Source: Candidatus Altimarinota bacterium (GTDB taxonomy: Bacteria > Patescibacteriota > Gracilibacteria > 1-14-2-50-48-13). From it: a stretch of DNA of 64,000 nucleotides. The translations under genes were made by a program, and so were the position numbers. How positions within the stretch are numbered: the first letter of the stretch is position 1; every line of letters starts with the position of its first letter. Of this stretch, positions 20,493-30,841 are shown piece by piece. The stretch lies in contig JBKBWQ010000001.1 in the NCBI GenBank assembly GCA_046314355.1, positions 640,001-704,000 on the forward strand. Reading direction: 5' to 3'. The notes under the pieces were generated by a model. It was not told the origin of the DNA. It searched no databases and was given only the letters and a program-made list of their open reading frames with translations.

Positions 20493-23400
20493 TTATTCAG
20501 GAAACACGATCTCGACTTTCTTTGTAGATGAATCTTCAAGTACTGGATATACGATACCCTTCTCTTGAATAACCTTAGTAACCAATACTGCGGCTTCACC
20601 TCGGGTAATGGAATCAGTAGGGGCAAACTTTCTCACACCATTCTCTGTTCTACCTTCCACATACCCTTCCGTTGTTACATAAAGCACATACTTTGCGTAC
20701 CAGCTCTCTACAGCTACGTCCGGCATCACAACATATGTATACGTAGGATGTGCCTTTCTCCATGCTACAAACTGCGCTGTGATAGTATCCTCTGAGGCGC
20801 CGCTTGCGAGAGCAATCATCTTCGCGGCTTCGGCTCTCTGTATAGAGTTTCCTGGTTTGAAGAAATTGTTGTCATACCCGCTGGCAATACCTGCCTGGAA
20901 TATGGAACGTACATATGTATAGAACCACTCCGATGGAGATACGTCATTAAAGGTAAGTGCTGCACCTTTGTTTTCCGTACTGACTCTAAAGGCATTTCTG
21001 ACGATTTTTGAAAACTCTGCTCTATTTACAGCTGTATTAACCGCAAATGTACCATCGGGATTTCCCTGCATAATTCCTCTCTGCTGAAGATACTCTACTG
21101 AAGAACGAGCAAAATGTGCAGGTGAGACATCTTTTATATCAGAAGATGGGAGACACGTCGGCGGACAAGTCTGCGCTGAGGATCTCAGCATATTTGAATT
21201 TACCTGAGTATTTCCTGAAACTGCCGTTGAGGTACCTGCATTTGAATAATATGCTCCGCCTCCACTTGAGCTGCCCTTACCTGGAGTCTGAGTTATCAGA
21301 TTAACAGTATTTGTGTCTGGAGTAACAGTAGAGTTGTTATCTGTCGGTTGAGTAGCAGAATTCAAATTGAGATTCTGCTGTCCAGAAGCATCATTAGGAA
21401 TCTCTACTACTGGTGGGGTACCCTCTGGGGTTTCACCTCCAGAAGGAAGAGCATTCATGTTAGCATTTGTAGTATTTTCACTAGGAACTTCTGGTACCAG
21501 AATATTGTTATTATTATTTGTTGGCACCTCCACTATCTGATCAGGATTATTCGCAAGTAGCATTCCGTCTCTTTCAATTTTCACTGCAACAATTGAATGC
21601 TTTGGAAGAGTCACTTGAATGCTTTTTCTCTGAGTATCAATCTTTACCGCACTATCAGCATTTGCGATCTTGACCGGGAATGTTGTAGGAATAGTTTTGC
21701 CATACCATTCTGTAAGATTATTTGTACTTATAGAAGAAGTCTCAGAGAAATCATTTAGAATCTCTGCCTTTATAGAACTGATGTCTACGCCCTGCGGAAT
21801 AATAGCTTCTACCATATGGTCAGCATCAAGATCCAGATTGAGAAGCACCATATAGAGAGCATTTGCATCCTTTGTAACGTACCGCGCAAGGAGATCATAT
21901 TCTTTACCGTCTATGGTTTTCTTTGGTGTATTATTATCATGCCAAGTCAGATCAAACATCCTGTCTCCCATATACTTCCAGAAAAGCTGGAGTGCAAGAG
22001 ATGGAGGAGTTGCTACTGATTTTCCATCAGGATCCTGTGGTCTTGCTCCAGCAGCTCTCAGCGCTGCATTATCGTTCGGCCAGAACCAGCCAACATTAAA
22101 TGTAGACACATCATGATTGATGGCAATATCCACGATACCAGATTTCATGTATTCTCCAAGCATGTGTGCTGTATGGAGTGCATTTCCTAGTGAATAGTAA
22201 TAGCAGTTTGGCTCTTCGGCAATTGTGGAAATTCTACTAAGGTTTGAAGAAGGACAAGCTCCGGGAACTGCATATCCTCCGAAGTTGGTTGCCCACTCAG
22301 TAATTGCGAGACGTACAGTTGAGGCAGCATGCTTTATGTAATCCATTTGTTCTTTAAAGTCCTTAGCTTCCCATACTTTTCTTAAGGTTTTGTAATAAAG
22401 AACTTCATCTTTAAACTTTGAAGTTGCTGCCGTTCCCGGTATAGTTCCTGGTTCTGAGGAAGCTCCAGGATAGAGGTGAGGAGCGATATAGTGCAGACTA
22501 CCAGGAAAATTTTTCTCTACATTGAGTAGTGCATTTGTCCATGCTTCAGGAGTATTATTGAAGCCCATATTTGGACAAAGTGAACGGCTGTTTCCACAAT
22601 AGTTGATTGTAAATGGCTCACTAAGTCCTGCAGCAATAATCTTAATACTCGGATCTACCTTCCTCATTTCCTCTGAGTACACCTTTACTGCAAGAGCGTA
22701 TTCTTCAGGGTTCAGCCAGATAAAGGTCTCATTTCCGATTTCCCAGTAGGTAACTTTTTTCCAGGTAGACTTTCTTGGAGTAGGACATTCAGCAGCAGTA
22801 CCACCGAAGTTCACACACTTTACCCATTGGGCTGCCCATTTTGCACCGTGATGGTATTGGTCAGCACCTGTACGCCATCCTTCTTCTAGAGTAGTATATG
22901 TATCACTCGCATTTCTTCTTGTGGGATCCAGGGTTGGAATACTGGCAATACCAAGATTAACAGTCAAGATAGGCTCAATATTTTGTTCATTAACTAAATC
23001 CAGAAATCTATCATATGTAAGCACACCATAAGCTTGCGGTATAGTTTTTGTACCTTTTGTCACACCTGTTACGTTACCGGCGGCATCTTTTAAAAGGATA
23101 CCGTCTGCATCTGCCTTATATATAGGCGGATTGGAGATAGAAGGGGGCACATAAGACCATTGAGGATTATACCAGTCATAGCTGTCTGAAGACATGCCTC
23201 CTGGAAATCGAAGCATACTTGTATTCAAAGCGTCCTTTCCAAGCGCTTTAAGAAAATTGCCCTCAATGATTTTTTCTTGGCTTGAAAGACTATTTGCATC
23301 TCTTCTTATAAAAGTAAATGCAGTATTTGTAAGGGCAGAGTTAACAAAGGTTTCAACAAAAGTAAATTTTGTAGCCTTACTGATTAATGAATGAAGGATA

Positions 23401-24383
23401 CCTAGATCTTCGAATGAGAATTGTGTACCTTTTAAATATGGACTTACAATCGCTCCAGAAGCGGTATCTTTAGGAACATTATGATATATTTGTACTTCAT
23501 CTATATCTCCTGTAAACCATGCCCCGCCTTTACCCGGAAAAGCATTTAGTGTACTGCGTCCAAAGTAAATAGGACTTGCTCTATCAACTGCAAGTATCTT
23601 AGGTTCTTCCCCTATAACAGATGGCTGGCTAATACAAGTAGTAGTATTCGTATTTGTATTTAATGTAGGGACACAAGAGAGAATATGCTTTTTTTCAAGA
23701 GCTACTTTTGAACCATTAATATAGAGAGCAGTTCCGTCTACCTCATCATACATCATCTTAACAGTGGTCCATTTGTTAAGATATGTTTCCTTAAATTGAT
23801 CCAGTTTCATTGTCTCAATCGGATGCTGATCCATAAGATAATAGTCCTTTCCATCACCAAGTACAACCTGCCACCGTACCATATTTGTACTATTAGAATG
23901 TACAAAGGCTATACGAAATCCTTTTTGAGCCCCATTACTAAAAGTAAAATTGCTCACTATTGGAGTGTAGCTTGAATCAGTAGCCTGAGTAAAAACATCC
24001 TTAATCTGTATCTTTGTACTTATGGTAAGGGATTTTTCTTGAGTTGAAAGTATTGAATTTGGTACACTGGCATATTGATTGATACCATTCAATGAGAGTG
24101 CTTTTCCTGAACCAGTCTCCACAAGCACCGGCAATGGACTACCTGCAATCGTAGCACCTGATCCTCCAGTTTTCTGGTTCTTTACTGTAGTACCTTCCAA
24201 TTCATCAAAAGTATACTTCCCAACTAATGTATCATTAATATTCGTAGAGACGCTTCCCGTCCCTGTGCCGATAATATCCGAAGTAAACAACCCTCCGCTC
24301 GAAAAAAACCAGCCAAGACCTACTACTAAGGTAGCAATAAGAATCACAGTACCTACAAGGACCTTTTGTTTGTGCGCAAGCAT
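20493..24383 (-). CDS. LamG + clan GH-A glycoside hydrolase (GH51/GH79-like) + 3 SLH surface protein
   Basis: LamG GxALSLNG...WFTGDIDEVQIY; LRFPGG, YWEIGNE, AITEW; SLH GNPDGTF..NRAE, FKPGNSIQRAE, ITRGEAA. Confidence 0.82.
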   Translation of the reverse strand: MLAHKQKVLVGTVILIATLVVGLGWFFSSGGLFTSDIIGTGTGSVSTNINDTLVGKYTFDELEGTTVKNQKTGGSGATIAGSPLPVLVETGSGKALSLNGINQYASVPNSILSTQEKSLTISTKIQIKDVFTQATDSSYTPIVSNFTFSNGAQKGFRIAFVHSNSTNMVRWQVVLGDGKDYYLMDQHPIETMKLDQFKETYLNKWTTVKMMYDEVDGTALYINGSKVALEKKHILSCVPTLNTNTNTTTCISQPSVIGEEPKILAVDRASPIYFGRSTLNAFPGKGGAWFTGDIDEVQIYHNVPKDTASGAIVSPYLKGTQFSFEDLGILHSLISKATKFTFVETFVNSALTNTAFTFIRRDANSLSSQEKIIEGNFLKALGKDALNTSMLRFPGGMSSDSYDWYNPQWSYVPPSISNPPIYKADADGILLKDAAGNVTGVTKGTKTIPQAYGVLTYDRFLDLVNEQNIEPILTVNLGIASIPTLDPTRRNASDTYTTLEEGWRTGADQYHHGAKWAAQWVKCVNFGGTAAECPTPRKSTWKKVTYWEIGNETFIWLNPEEYALAVKVYSEEMRKVDPSIKIIAAGLSEPFTINYCGNSRSLCPNMGFNNTPEAWTNALLNVEKNFPGSLHYIAPHLYPGASSEPGTIPGTAATSKFKDEVLYYKTLRKVWEAKDFKEQMDYIKHAASTVRLAITEWATNFGGYAVPGACPSSNLSRISTIAEEPNCYYYSLGNALHTAHMLGEYMKSGIVDIAINHDVSTFNVGWFWPNDNAALRAAGARPQDPDGKSVATPPSLALQLFWKYMGDRMFDLTWHDNNTPKKTIDGKEYDLLARYVTKDANALYMVLLNLDLDADHMVEAIIPQGVDISSIKAEILNDFSETSSISTNNLTEWYGKTIPTTFPVKIANADSAVKIDTQRKSIQVTLPKHSIVAVKIERDGMLLANNPDQIVEVPTNNNNNILVPEVPSENTTNANMNALPSGGETPEGTPPVVEIPNDASGQQNLNLNSATQPTDNNSTVTPDTNTVNLITQTPGKGSSSGGGAYYSNAGTSTAVSGNTQVNSNMLRSSAQTCPPTCLPSSDIKDVSPAHFARSSVEYLQQRGIMQGNPDGTFAVNTAVNRAEFSKIVRNAFRVSTENKGAALTFNDVSPSEWFYTYVRSIFQAGIASGYDNNFFKPGNSIQRAEAAKMIALASGASEDTITAQFVAWRKAHPTYTYVVMPDVAVESWYAKYVLYVTTEGYVEGRTENGVRKFAPTDSITRGEAAVLVTKVIQEKGIVYPVLEDSSTKKVEIVFPE

Positions 24384-24554
24384 AAATTTTTATTTTTGTA
24401 TTAAAAGCTCTTAACTTCTCTAAATTATACTAGCCATATCCCTAGAATGCAAATAGCTCAAGAGTATAAGATATGTGTATTTTTCAGTGAATCCGCAAAA
24501 AAACTTGTAAAATCCCCTACTCTTCAGTAAGATAGGTCGCGTACGTTAAATTAT

Positions 24555-24628
24555 AGGTCTATAGTTCAATGGTAGAACAGAGGTCTCCAAAACCTTTGAT
24601 GATGGTTCGATTCCGTCTAGGCCTGCCA
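24555..24628 (+). tRNA. tRNA-Trp(CCA)
   Basis: Cloverleaf AGGTCTA/TAGGCCT, anticodon loop CTCCAAA, TTCGATT, encoded CCA. Confidence 0.95.
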
Positions 24629-24698
24629 ATGAAATGAAAAATATTCAATCCAGACCAAACATACTATATAATATCCCTATAGCGTATTTTTTGAATCT

Positions 24699-25268
24699 AT
24701 GAAAATCCTCATCCTCGAAGGTATCCCAACAAGTGGTAAGACCACAGTATGCAACAAAATTCAAGAACTTCTACAAAAGTACGGAAAAACATTTCTCGCA
24801 GTAGATGAAGAAGAAACAATGTGGAAGCTTGGTAACAACACAGACAAGAAAGTAAGCATAAAATTCCTAAAAGAGATTCTCGAAAAGGCTATGAGTAAAC
24901 CTCATGATGTAGTTATTTTCGACAGACTCCATTTTTCACAGGTCTTTCGAACAAATGGATCAGTAGTTGACTTCAAAGAAATAGAAGATTTGATTTCAGA
25001 CAAAGCCTTCATCGCTTTTTTCAAAATTTCAGAAGAAAGTATTCCTACTCGAATCACAAACGCCATGGAGCATAGACCCAAAGAATGGACTATTCACGTA
25101 AAGAAGAAAGAAAGCATGGAAGAAATTATCCATTACTATACTACGCAACAGAAACTCCTAGAGGGACTCCTTCTCGAAACTACCTTACGCAACGAAACCT
25201 ATTCTACTGATACAATGAATTTCGAGAACATCGCAGAAAAAATCTTCAAGAAAATGGTGTACGAATAG
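24699..25268 (+). CDS. P-loop nucleoside/nucleotide kinase-like protein
   Basis: LILEGIPTSGKTT; VIFDRLH. Confidence 0.75.
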   Translation: MKILILEGIPTSGKTTVCNKIQELLQKYGKTFLAVDEEETMWKLGNNTDKKVSIKFLKEILEKAMSKPHDVVIFDRLHFSQVFRTNGSVVDFKEIEDLISDKAFIAFFKISEESIPTRITNAMEHRPKEWTIHVKKKESMEEIIHYYTTQQKLLEGLLLETTLRNETYSTDTMNFENIAEKIFKKMVYE

Positions 25269-25382
25269 CCCTTCATGGATAGCTTGAATAATCAATGGTG
25301 GTCCTAACATTCTCAATCAGGACCTGCCAAGCTAAATTACAGGATTAAAGCAACTTTCTATACTAAAGAATAAGTTTCGAGG

Positions 25383-26567
25383 CTATTTTTTACTATGCTG
25401 TATTTTATTTACATGATCGATTCTCAAAAAATTGAAATATTTGTCTGTAAAAAATGCTGCATACTTCGCATTTCCCCACCGAAGGTGAGGAATATCAGGG
25501 TGATTCATAATGATTGGAATATTATCTTCTTCTCTTTTTCTATCATACTTAAGTTTGGTCTCTAAAAACTTTTGAGCGTAGTGAGTAGCATTCCTATTTT
25601 GAAACTCTTTATAATGCAGAAGAATTTCCGTATTGCCTAATATTCGTTTCGCAATATCTTCAGTATTTTCTTGATTAATATTTTCATATAACTTCAGAGC
25701 ATTTTTTAGATACTCATGAAGGAACTGTTCTTTTGGATCAAAAGCGAAGATAGGACGATTTATATCTATGTAGTCTTCTATTCTTCGACCATTTATAGGA
25801 GAGGAAAATCTACTAATAGTAGCTAAGCCACTATTAATACTACAAATAGTATGATCAGAATATTCAACTGGTAAATCTTTAGGGTCCACATTTCTTTTAA
25901 TCAGCTTCAGGTCATGATCAAAAATTCCAAATCTCACAGCATGTGAGTCATAGAATCCTCCTCCTCCATGCTGCGGATAGTGCTGCATTGTCGTACCTGA
26001 TGATTTTATTGTTCCTGGATCAAATAGTTTCTGAAGAAGGAATTTATCACGTACAAATTGTGTGTAGTATTTCTTATTAGTTTCATCATCTAATGCGTAC
26101 CACCCCATTTGATGAATAAGTAATTCAGTAAACTCTCCTTCTGATAAAGCCTGTACTATCTGAAGTCCAAATTTATTCCAGTCTTGATATCTGTATGGAA
26201 GCCCTTCATAAGTCTTATTCAGATCTTCTTTTCTAATCATAGTCCGCTCATATCCTATAATTCCAGTCTCATCTCTAACTTTCTCTGAAAACTCAAAGTA
26301 TTTTTTACCGTGCAGCGGTAATTCTGCAACAAATGTTGGTGAATCAGCTTCCCTGAAAAGTTTCCTTATTGGTAAGTCAATCGTAATTATATTAGGATAT
26401 TCTTTTACCTCTGAGCTCTTCTCTTCAAGTACTTTCTTAACTTTTTTTCCTGTTTCGGTACAAATACTCTCTTGTTTAGCAATACTCATGCCCCCACAGA
26501 TATTCTTCTCGATAAGATTCCCATTCTTCCTATCTCCTAATATATCAACCTTCACTTTATTTTCCAT
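25383..26567 (-). CDS. Hypothetical protein (start likely MENKV)
   Basis: Long ORF, low GC, no motif recognised. Confidence 0.65.
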   Translation of the reverse strand: MENKVKVDILGDRKNGNLIEKNICGGMSIAKQESICTETGKKVKKVLEEKSSEVKEYPNIITIDLPIRKLFREADSPTFVAELPLHGKKYFEFSEKVRDETGIIGYERTMIRKEDLNKTYEGLPYRYQDWNKFGLQIVQALSEGEFTELLIHQMGWYALDDETNKKYYTQFVRDKFLLQKLFDPGTIKSSGTTMQHYPQHGGGGFYDSHAVRFGIFDHDLKLIKRNVDPKDLPVEYSDHTICSINSGLATISRFSSPINGRRIEDYIDINRPIFAFDPKEQFLHEYLKNALKLYENINQENTEDIAKRILGNTEILLHYKEFQNRNATHYAQKFLETKLKYDRKREEDNIPIIMNHPDIPHLRWGNAKYAAFFTDKYFNFLRIDHVNKIQHSKK

Positions 26568-26816
26568 ATTACGCCAGTAATGTGTATACACTGTTCTGTT
26601 TATTTTAACATACAACTATTTAAATAAGTAGAAATTAAAGTATAAAATTCTAACATCCTCCACTAAGGCCTACCACCCCGTCGAACGCGGTAGAATCTAG
26701 TTACTTGAATCCAAAATCTCTATTCTAAGTGTTTTTTAAATGTCGTAAAATAGGTACTAAACATTTGAGGAAAAGCCTGAATAAAGAAATGACAATATAT
26801 CTGGTATCTCTTTCCA

Positions 26817-27410
26817 TCAATCATCTAATCCCTTCCCTTCCAGAATCTTCTGCACATATTTCTCAACCCTAGACTCCCGAGTCTTAGCCTGTTTAGCTGC
26901 AGAAAAGTAAAAGATATATGCTCTTTGTCTACCTGGGGTCAACGCCTCAAAGGCAGTTTTTAAGTGAGTATCCGCATCTAGTCTTGCCTGAAATTCTTCC
27001 GGCATCGTAAAGTCATTAGTCTTTTTGAAATCCACTTTTAAACCTGCTTTCTCTATTTCTACTGCTTCATCTACATAAGTTTTCAAAATAACTCCTATCT
27101 TCTCAACCTCCTGGATATTTGTAAAACGGATCTGTCTAGCAGACTGTACATTTTTTGTCTGCTGAATAAGAATACCATTAGGATCTTTCAACAAGGCTCC
27201 TTTCATGAATAGAACTGCACAATACTCTTTAAAAGTATGTATCAATAAGATATTACTCTCATGAAATGTGTAGCAAGGACACCCCCACTTCAACTCTTCA
27301 GTGAGTCCAGTCTCAAGAATAATTCTTCTCAATTCTTTGACTTCCTCCTGCCACTTGCCAGGTTTGCTAAAGTAAAAATCAACCTTGGGATTCATCTCAT
27401 TTTTTAACAT
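26817..27410 (-). CDS. YdeI/OmpD-associated family protein (DUF1801)
   Basis: EELKWGCPCY, FMKGALLKDP, FEALTPGRQRAY. Confidence 0.88.
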   Translation of the reverse strand: MLKNEMNPKVDFYFSKPGKWQEEVKELRRIILETGLTEELKWGCPCYTFHESNILLIHTFKEYCAVLFMKGALLKDPNGILIQQTKNVQSARQIRFTNIQEVEKIGVILKTYVDEAVEIEKAGLKVDFKKTNDFTMPEEFQARLDADTHLKTAFEALTPGRQRAYIFYFSAAKQAKTRESRVEKYVQKILEGKGLDD

Positions 27411-27426
27411 ACCGTATCTTCAGAAT

Positions 27427-27984
27427 TTAAATCTTCAATATTCCGCGAAATCCTCTGGCAGCATAATATGATTCTGCACCATTATGATAGACAAAGATAT
27501 TGCCGTAGCGGTAATCCGCAAAAATGGCTCCGCCGAGCTTTCGAATGTCGGTAGGTGTCTCTATCCAGCTTGATGTTTTCATATCGAATTCACCAAGTTT
27601 TTGCAGATCCCGGTACTCCTCTTCTGTGAGAAGTTTGATTCCCATCGCATCCGCCATTGCTATAGCACTACTTTCCGGTTTATGTTCTTTTCTAGATAGT
27701 AATGCAGCATGATCGTAGCAAAGACTTCTGCGACCCTTAGGACTTTCTACTGAACAATCACAGAAGATATACTCGTCAGTCTCTTTATCAAGACCGGTAA
27801 CATCTGGCTCTCCAGCAGTATTTTCCATCTCGCTGAGTGACCATAGTTTCTCAGGATTTGCTTCAAGCTTTGCCTGTACCTTAGACCATTCGATTCCCTT
27901 ATGCCGATTCATATTTTTTTCAAAACGTGCTTTTAAAATATCTAAAAGCTCTTTGCTCTGTGCTTGTGATAATTCTTTTTTCAT
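27427..27984 (-). CDS. DUF4256 family protein
   Basis: RFEKNMNRH, ESPKGRRSLCYD, YHNGAESYYAARGFRG. Confidence 0.85.
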   Translation of the reverse strand: MKKELSQAQSKELLDILKARFEKNMNRHKGIEWSKVQAKLEANPEKLWSLSEMENTAGEPDVTGLDKETDEYIFCDCSVESPKGRRSLCYDHAALLSRKEHKPESSAIAMADAMGIKLLTEEEYRDLQKLGEFDMKTSSWIETPTDIRKLGGAIFADYRYGNIFVYHNGAESYYAARGFRGILKI

Positions 27985-27985
27985 A

Positions 27986-28393
27986 TTATTTGGAAGTAAC
28001 TGAAATAAGTCTTCTATCTGCAGGTCTGAAATACCAGGATACTACTGTAAGGACAAGAAGCAGTAATGCCGGAAATATGTCTGCAACAGGATTTCCTGCA
28101 GCGATATGAGAAAATATTGCTCCTGACATAGCAAAGAAGAATCCTGCATAAGCCCATTCTTTTAGTAAAGGAAATTTTGGAGCAAGTACCGCAGCCACTC
28201 CCAATATTTTCCAGATACCGAGGAGGGTCAGAAAATAAAGCGGATAGCCTAATTTGGTCATAAGAGCAGCCTCCTCCGGTATCTGCATTATCTGGACTAC
28301 CGCAGTGGATACCATTCCCAGGGCAAGCCAGAGAGTCGCGATCCAGTAGATAATCTTATTTGTCTTTGTCATTGGGATCTGGACAGGAGTCAT
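27986..28393 (-). CDS. DoxX-like membrane protein
   Basis: LGYPLYF..LGIWKILG, LKEWAYAGFFF. Confidence 0.85.
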   Translation of the reverse strand: MTPVQIPMTKTNKIIYWIATLWLALGMVSTAVVQIMQIPEEAALMTKLGYPLYFLTLLGIWKILGVAAVLAPKFPLLKEWAYAGFFFAMSGAIFSHIAAGNPVADIFPALLLLVLTVVSWYFRPADRRLISVTSK

Positions 28394-28669
28394 AGGTATT
28401 GAGTGGAAGAGTAATGCTGTAAGTATAGTGTATTTATAATTTCATTGTCAATGAATCCATGCGGAGTGAGATAAGCTGCTTTTTAAAAAAATAATTCTAT
28501 GGCACATTCGTGAACCTCCCTGCTCAAAGATCCATTATATGTGACTAGAAAACAAAAACAGTGAAATAAGAGTGAAATACAAACCAGCAGTCCCCTATTA
28601 CTTTACAGGTTATACTTATTGTACTAGGATACCGTTTAACTATATTTGTAGAATAATACAATCGTCATT

Positions 28670-30373
28670 ATGGAAGAACATAATAAAACGGATCCTGACA
28701 GAAAAATTAACATCCTGGCTGTTGATGACAATCCTACCAATCTTAATCTACTGGAGAACATTTTTTATAAAAAGTATAATATCATAAAGGCAGATACTGC
28801 TAAAAGAGCACTAGAAATACTCAAGGAAGATTCAGATTTTGCGCTGCTGCTGCTGGATGTAGTAATGCCAGATGTAAATGGACTGGAACTTGCAAGAATA
28901 ATTCAGCAGACTCCCGAAACCAAAGATATTCCTATTATCTTTCTCACCGGAAATAATGATAATAAATCTACTTTGGAAGGATACGCTTCCGGAGCAGTGG
29001 ACTACATTATGAAACCTTTTAATAAAAACATCCTCTGTTCTAAAGTTGAAATCTTTGCTCAGTTATATAAAAAGACTGAAGCTTTAAAAAGACAGGCTGT
29101 AGAGCTCGAAAAGCTCAACCTTCTTCTTCAAATGAAAGAAGAAGAATCCCAGAGAGAAAAAGAACAGATTAAGCTAGTGAATCAGGAGCTAGTCCTCAAA
29201 GCAACAAGTCTTCAAGAATCTCAATTCCAAGCGGATCGTCTAAAAGCATTAGGCAACCTTGCCAGCGGCATCGCGCATGATCTAAATAATGCGCTCACGC
29301 CCATCATGCTTATCACTCAATTATTAGCAACAAAAGTTTCCGATGAACAGTCTCAAAAAATGATTGATACACTTAGTTCAAATACTCAGTACTGCAGCAA
29401 TCTAGTAAAGCAGATACTAACCTTTGCACGAGGTGTTGAGGGATCCAAAGAAGTTATAGATATTGGATTATACATCGCAGATGCTTTAAGTACGATCCAA
29501 GGCTCAATACCGGTAAATATCAATATCACTACTGATATTCCTGCAGACTTACAGAAAATATTTGCAGATAAAACACAGATATACCAGATTATTATCAATT
29601 TGCTCATTAATGCTCGGGATGCCATGCCCCAAGGTGGAAATATACACATATCTGCGCAAAATATTTATGTGGATAACTTTTTTGCATCTATGCATACAGA
29701 AGCAAAAGCAGGACATCATATTATGTTTTCAGTCGCAGATAATGGCTCCGGCATTACGCCCGATGTACTCAGCAAAATATTTGATCCCTATTTCACTACA
29801 AAATCAGCAGACAAAGGTACTGGACTAGGATTGTCGATGGTCATGAGTATTATCTCAGGTCATGGAGGTTTTATAAATGTTGCAAGTAAAGAAGGTCAAG
29901 GAACAACATTTAAATTTTATCTGCCATCTGTACAGAATGAAGTTCCCGCAAAACTCACAAAAGATACAGTAGAAACCTTTAACGGTCAGAATTCACTGAT
30001 CCTTATAGTCGATGATAATAAACCTATCAGAGAAGCTGCAGAACACACACTCAAGGAATCTAACTTTCAGGTAATCACCGCTAAAGACGGTGTAGAAGCT
30101 CTTACATTATACTTGGAGTATAAAAACAAGATAAAAGTAGTGCTGACGGATTATAATATGCCTGTTATGGATGGGTTAGGAACAATACGAGCACTAAGAA
30201 GTTTCGATCCTTCAGTGAAAATTATTTTAACCAGTGGTACGGGTAAGGATATAGAATCTGTAAGGCATCTCGGACCAGACATCAAATTTCTTGCCAAGCC
30301 ATATATGACACGTGATCTACTGAAGTTATTAGATGAGCTGCAACAAGATCCGAGCACAGATGAATGCAAATAA
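28670..30373 (+). CDS. Hybrid sensor kinase REC-HisKA-HATPase-REC
   Basis: ILAVDD..LLDVVMP; GIAHDLNN; NLLINARDAM, DNGSG, GTGLGL; second REC ILIVDD..TDYNMP. Confidence 0.92.
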   Translation: MEEHNKTDPDRKINILAVDDNPTNLNLLENIFYKKYNIIKADTAKRALEILKEDSDFALLLLDVVMPDVNGLELARIIQQTPETKDIPIIFLTGNNDNKSTLEGYASGAVDYIMKPFNKNILCSKVEIFAQLYKKTEALKRQAVELEKLNLLLQMKEEESQREKEQIKLVNQELVLKATSLQESQFQADRLKALGNLASGIAHDLNNALTPIMLITQLLATKVSDEQSQKMIDTLSSNTQYCSNLVKQILTFARGVEGSKEVIDIGLYIADALSTIQGSIPVNINITTDIPADLQKIFADKTQIYQIIINLLINARDAMPQGGNIHISAQNIYVDNFFASMHTEAKAGHHIMFSVADNGSGITPDVLSKIFDPYFTTKSADKGTGLGLSMVMSIISGHGGFINVASKEGQGTTFKFYLPSVQNEVPAKLTKDTVETFNGQNSLILIVDDNKPIREAAEHTLKESNFQVITAKDGVEALTLYLEYKNKIKVVLTDYNMPVMDGLGTIRALRSFDPSVKIILTSGTGKDIESVRHLGPDIKFLAKPYMTRDLLKLLDELQQDPSTDECK

Positions 30374-30446
30374 TTTTAAAGGTTTCTGGTATAATAAGAT
30401 CATACATAATCATCATTATATTTATTGTCTCAGCGTTAACTATTCT

Positions 30447-30828
30447 ATGTCAGAACATATTATTACAATCCTCACTCCCACTTATAATCGGGCTGAGAAA
30501 TTTTTGCCTCAGACTATTGAAAGTATCCAAAATCAAAGTGAGGCAGGTTTCAGACATGAACATATCATCATCGATAATGCATCCACAGATGAGACACAGA
30601 GAGTTGTAGCACAATATATGGAGAAGGATCCAAGAATAAAATATATAAAAAACTCCGGCAATATGGGACCTCTGGCTCAAGTTAGCACATAGTAAATTCA
30701 GAGCTGGTTTCAATAAAACTTATCTCTCTTTTTATAGAGTACATACTCATCAGCTCACTACTCAACATAGCAAAGATGGCACCTGGGATCGTGATGCAGA
30801 GTATCTTAAAAAGCTTTATAACTTATAA
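30447..30828 (+). pseudogene. Family 2 glycosyltransferase with internal deletion and frameshift
   Basis: N-part LTPTYNR..IIDNASTD..KNSGNMG joined at ~30667, in another frame, to C-part DLWLKLA..FYRVHTHQ..LYNL*. Confidence 0.75.
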
Positions 30829-30841
30829 GATTGAATGTCTG

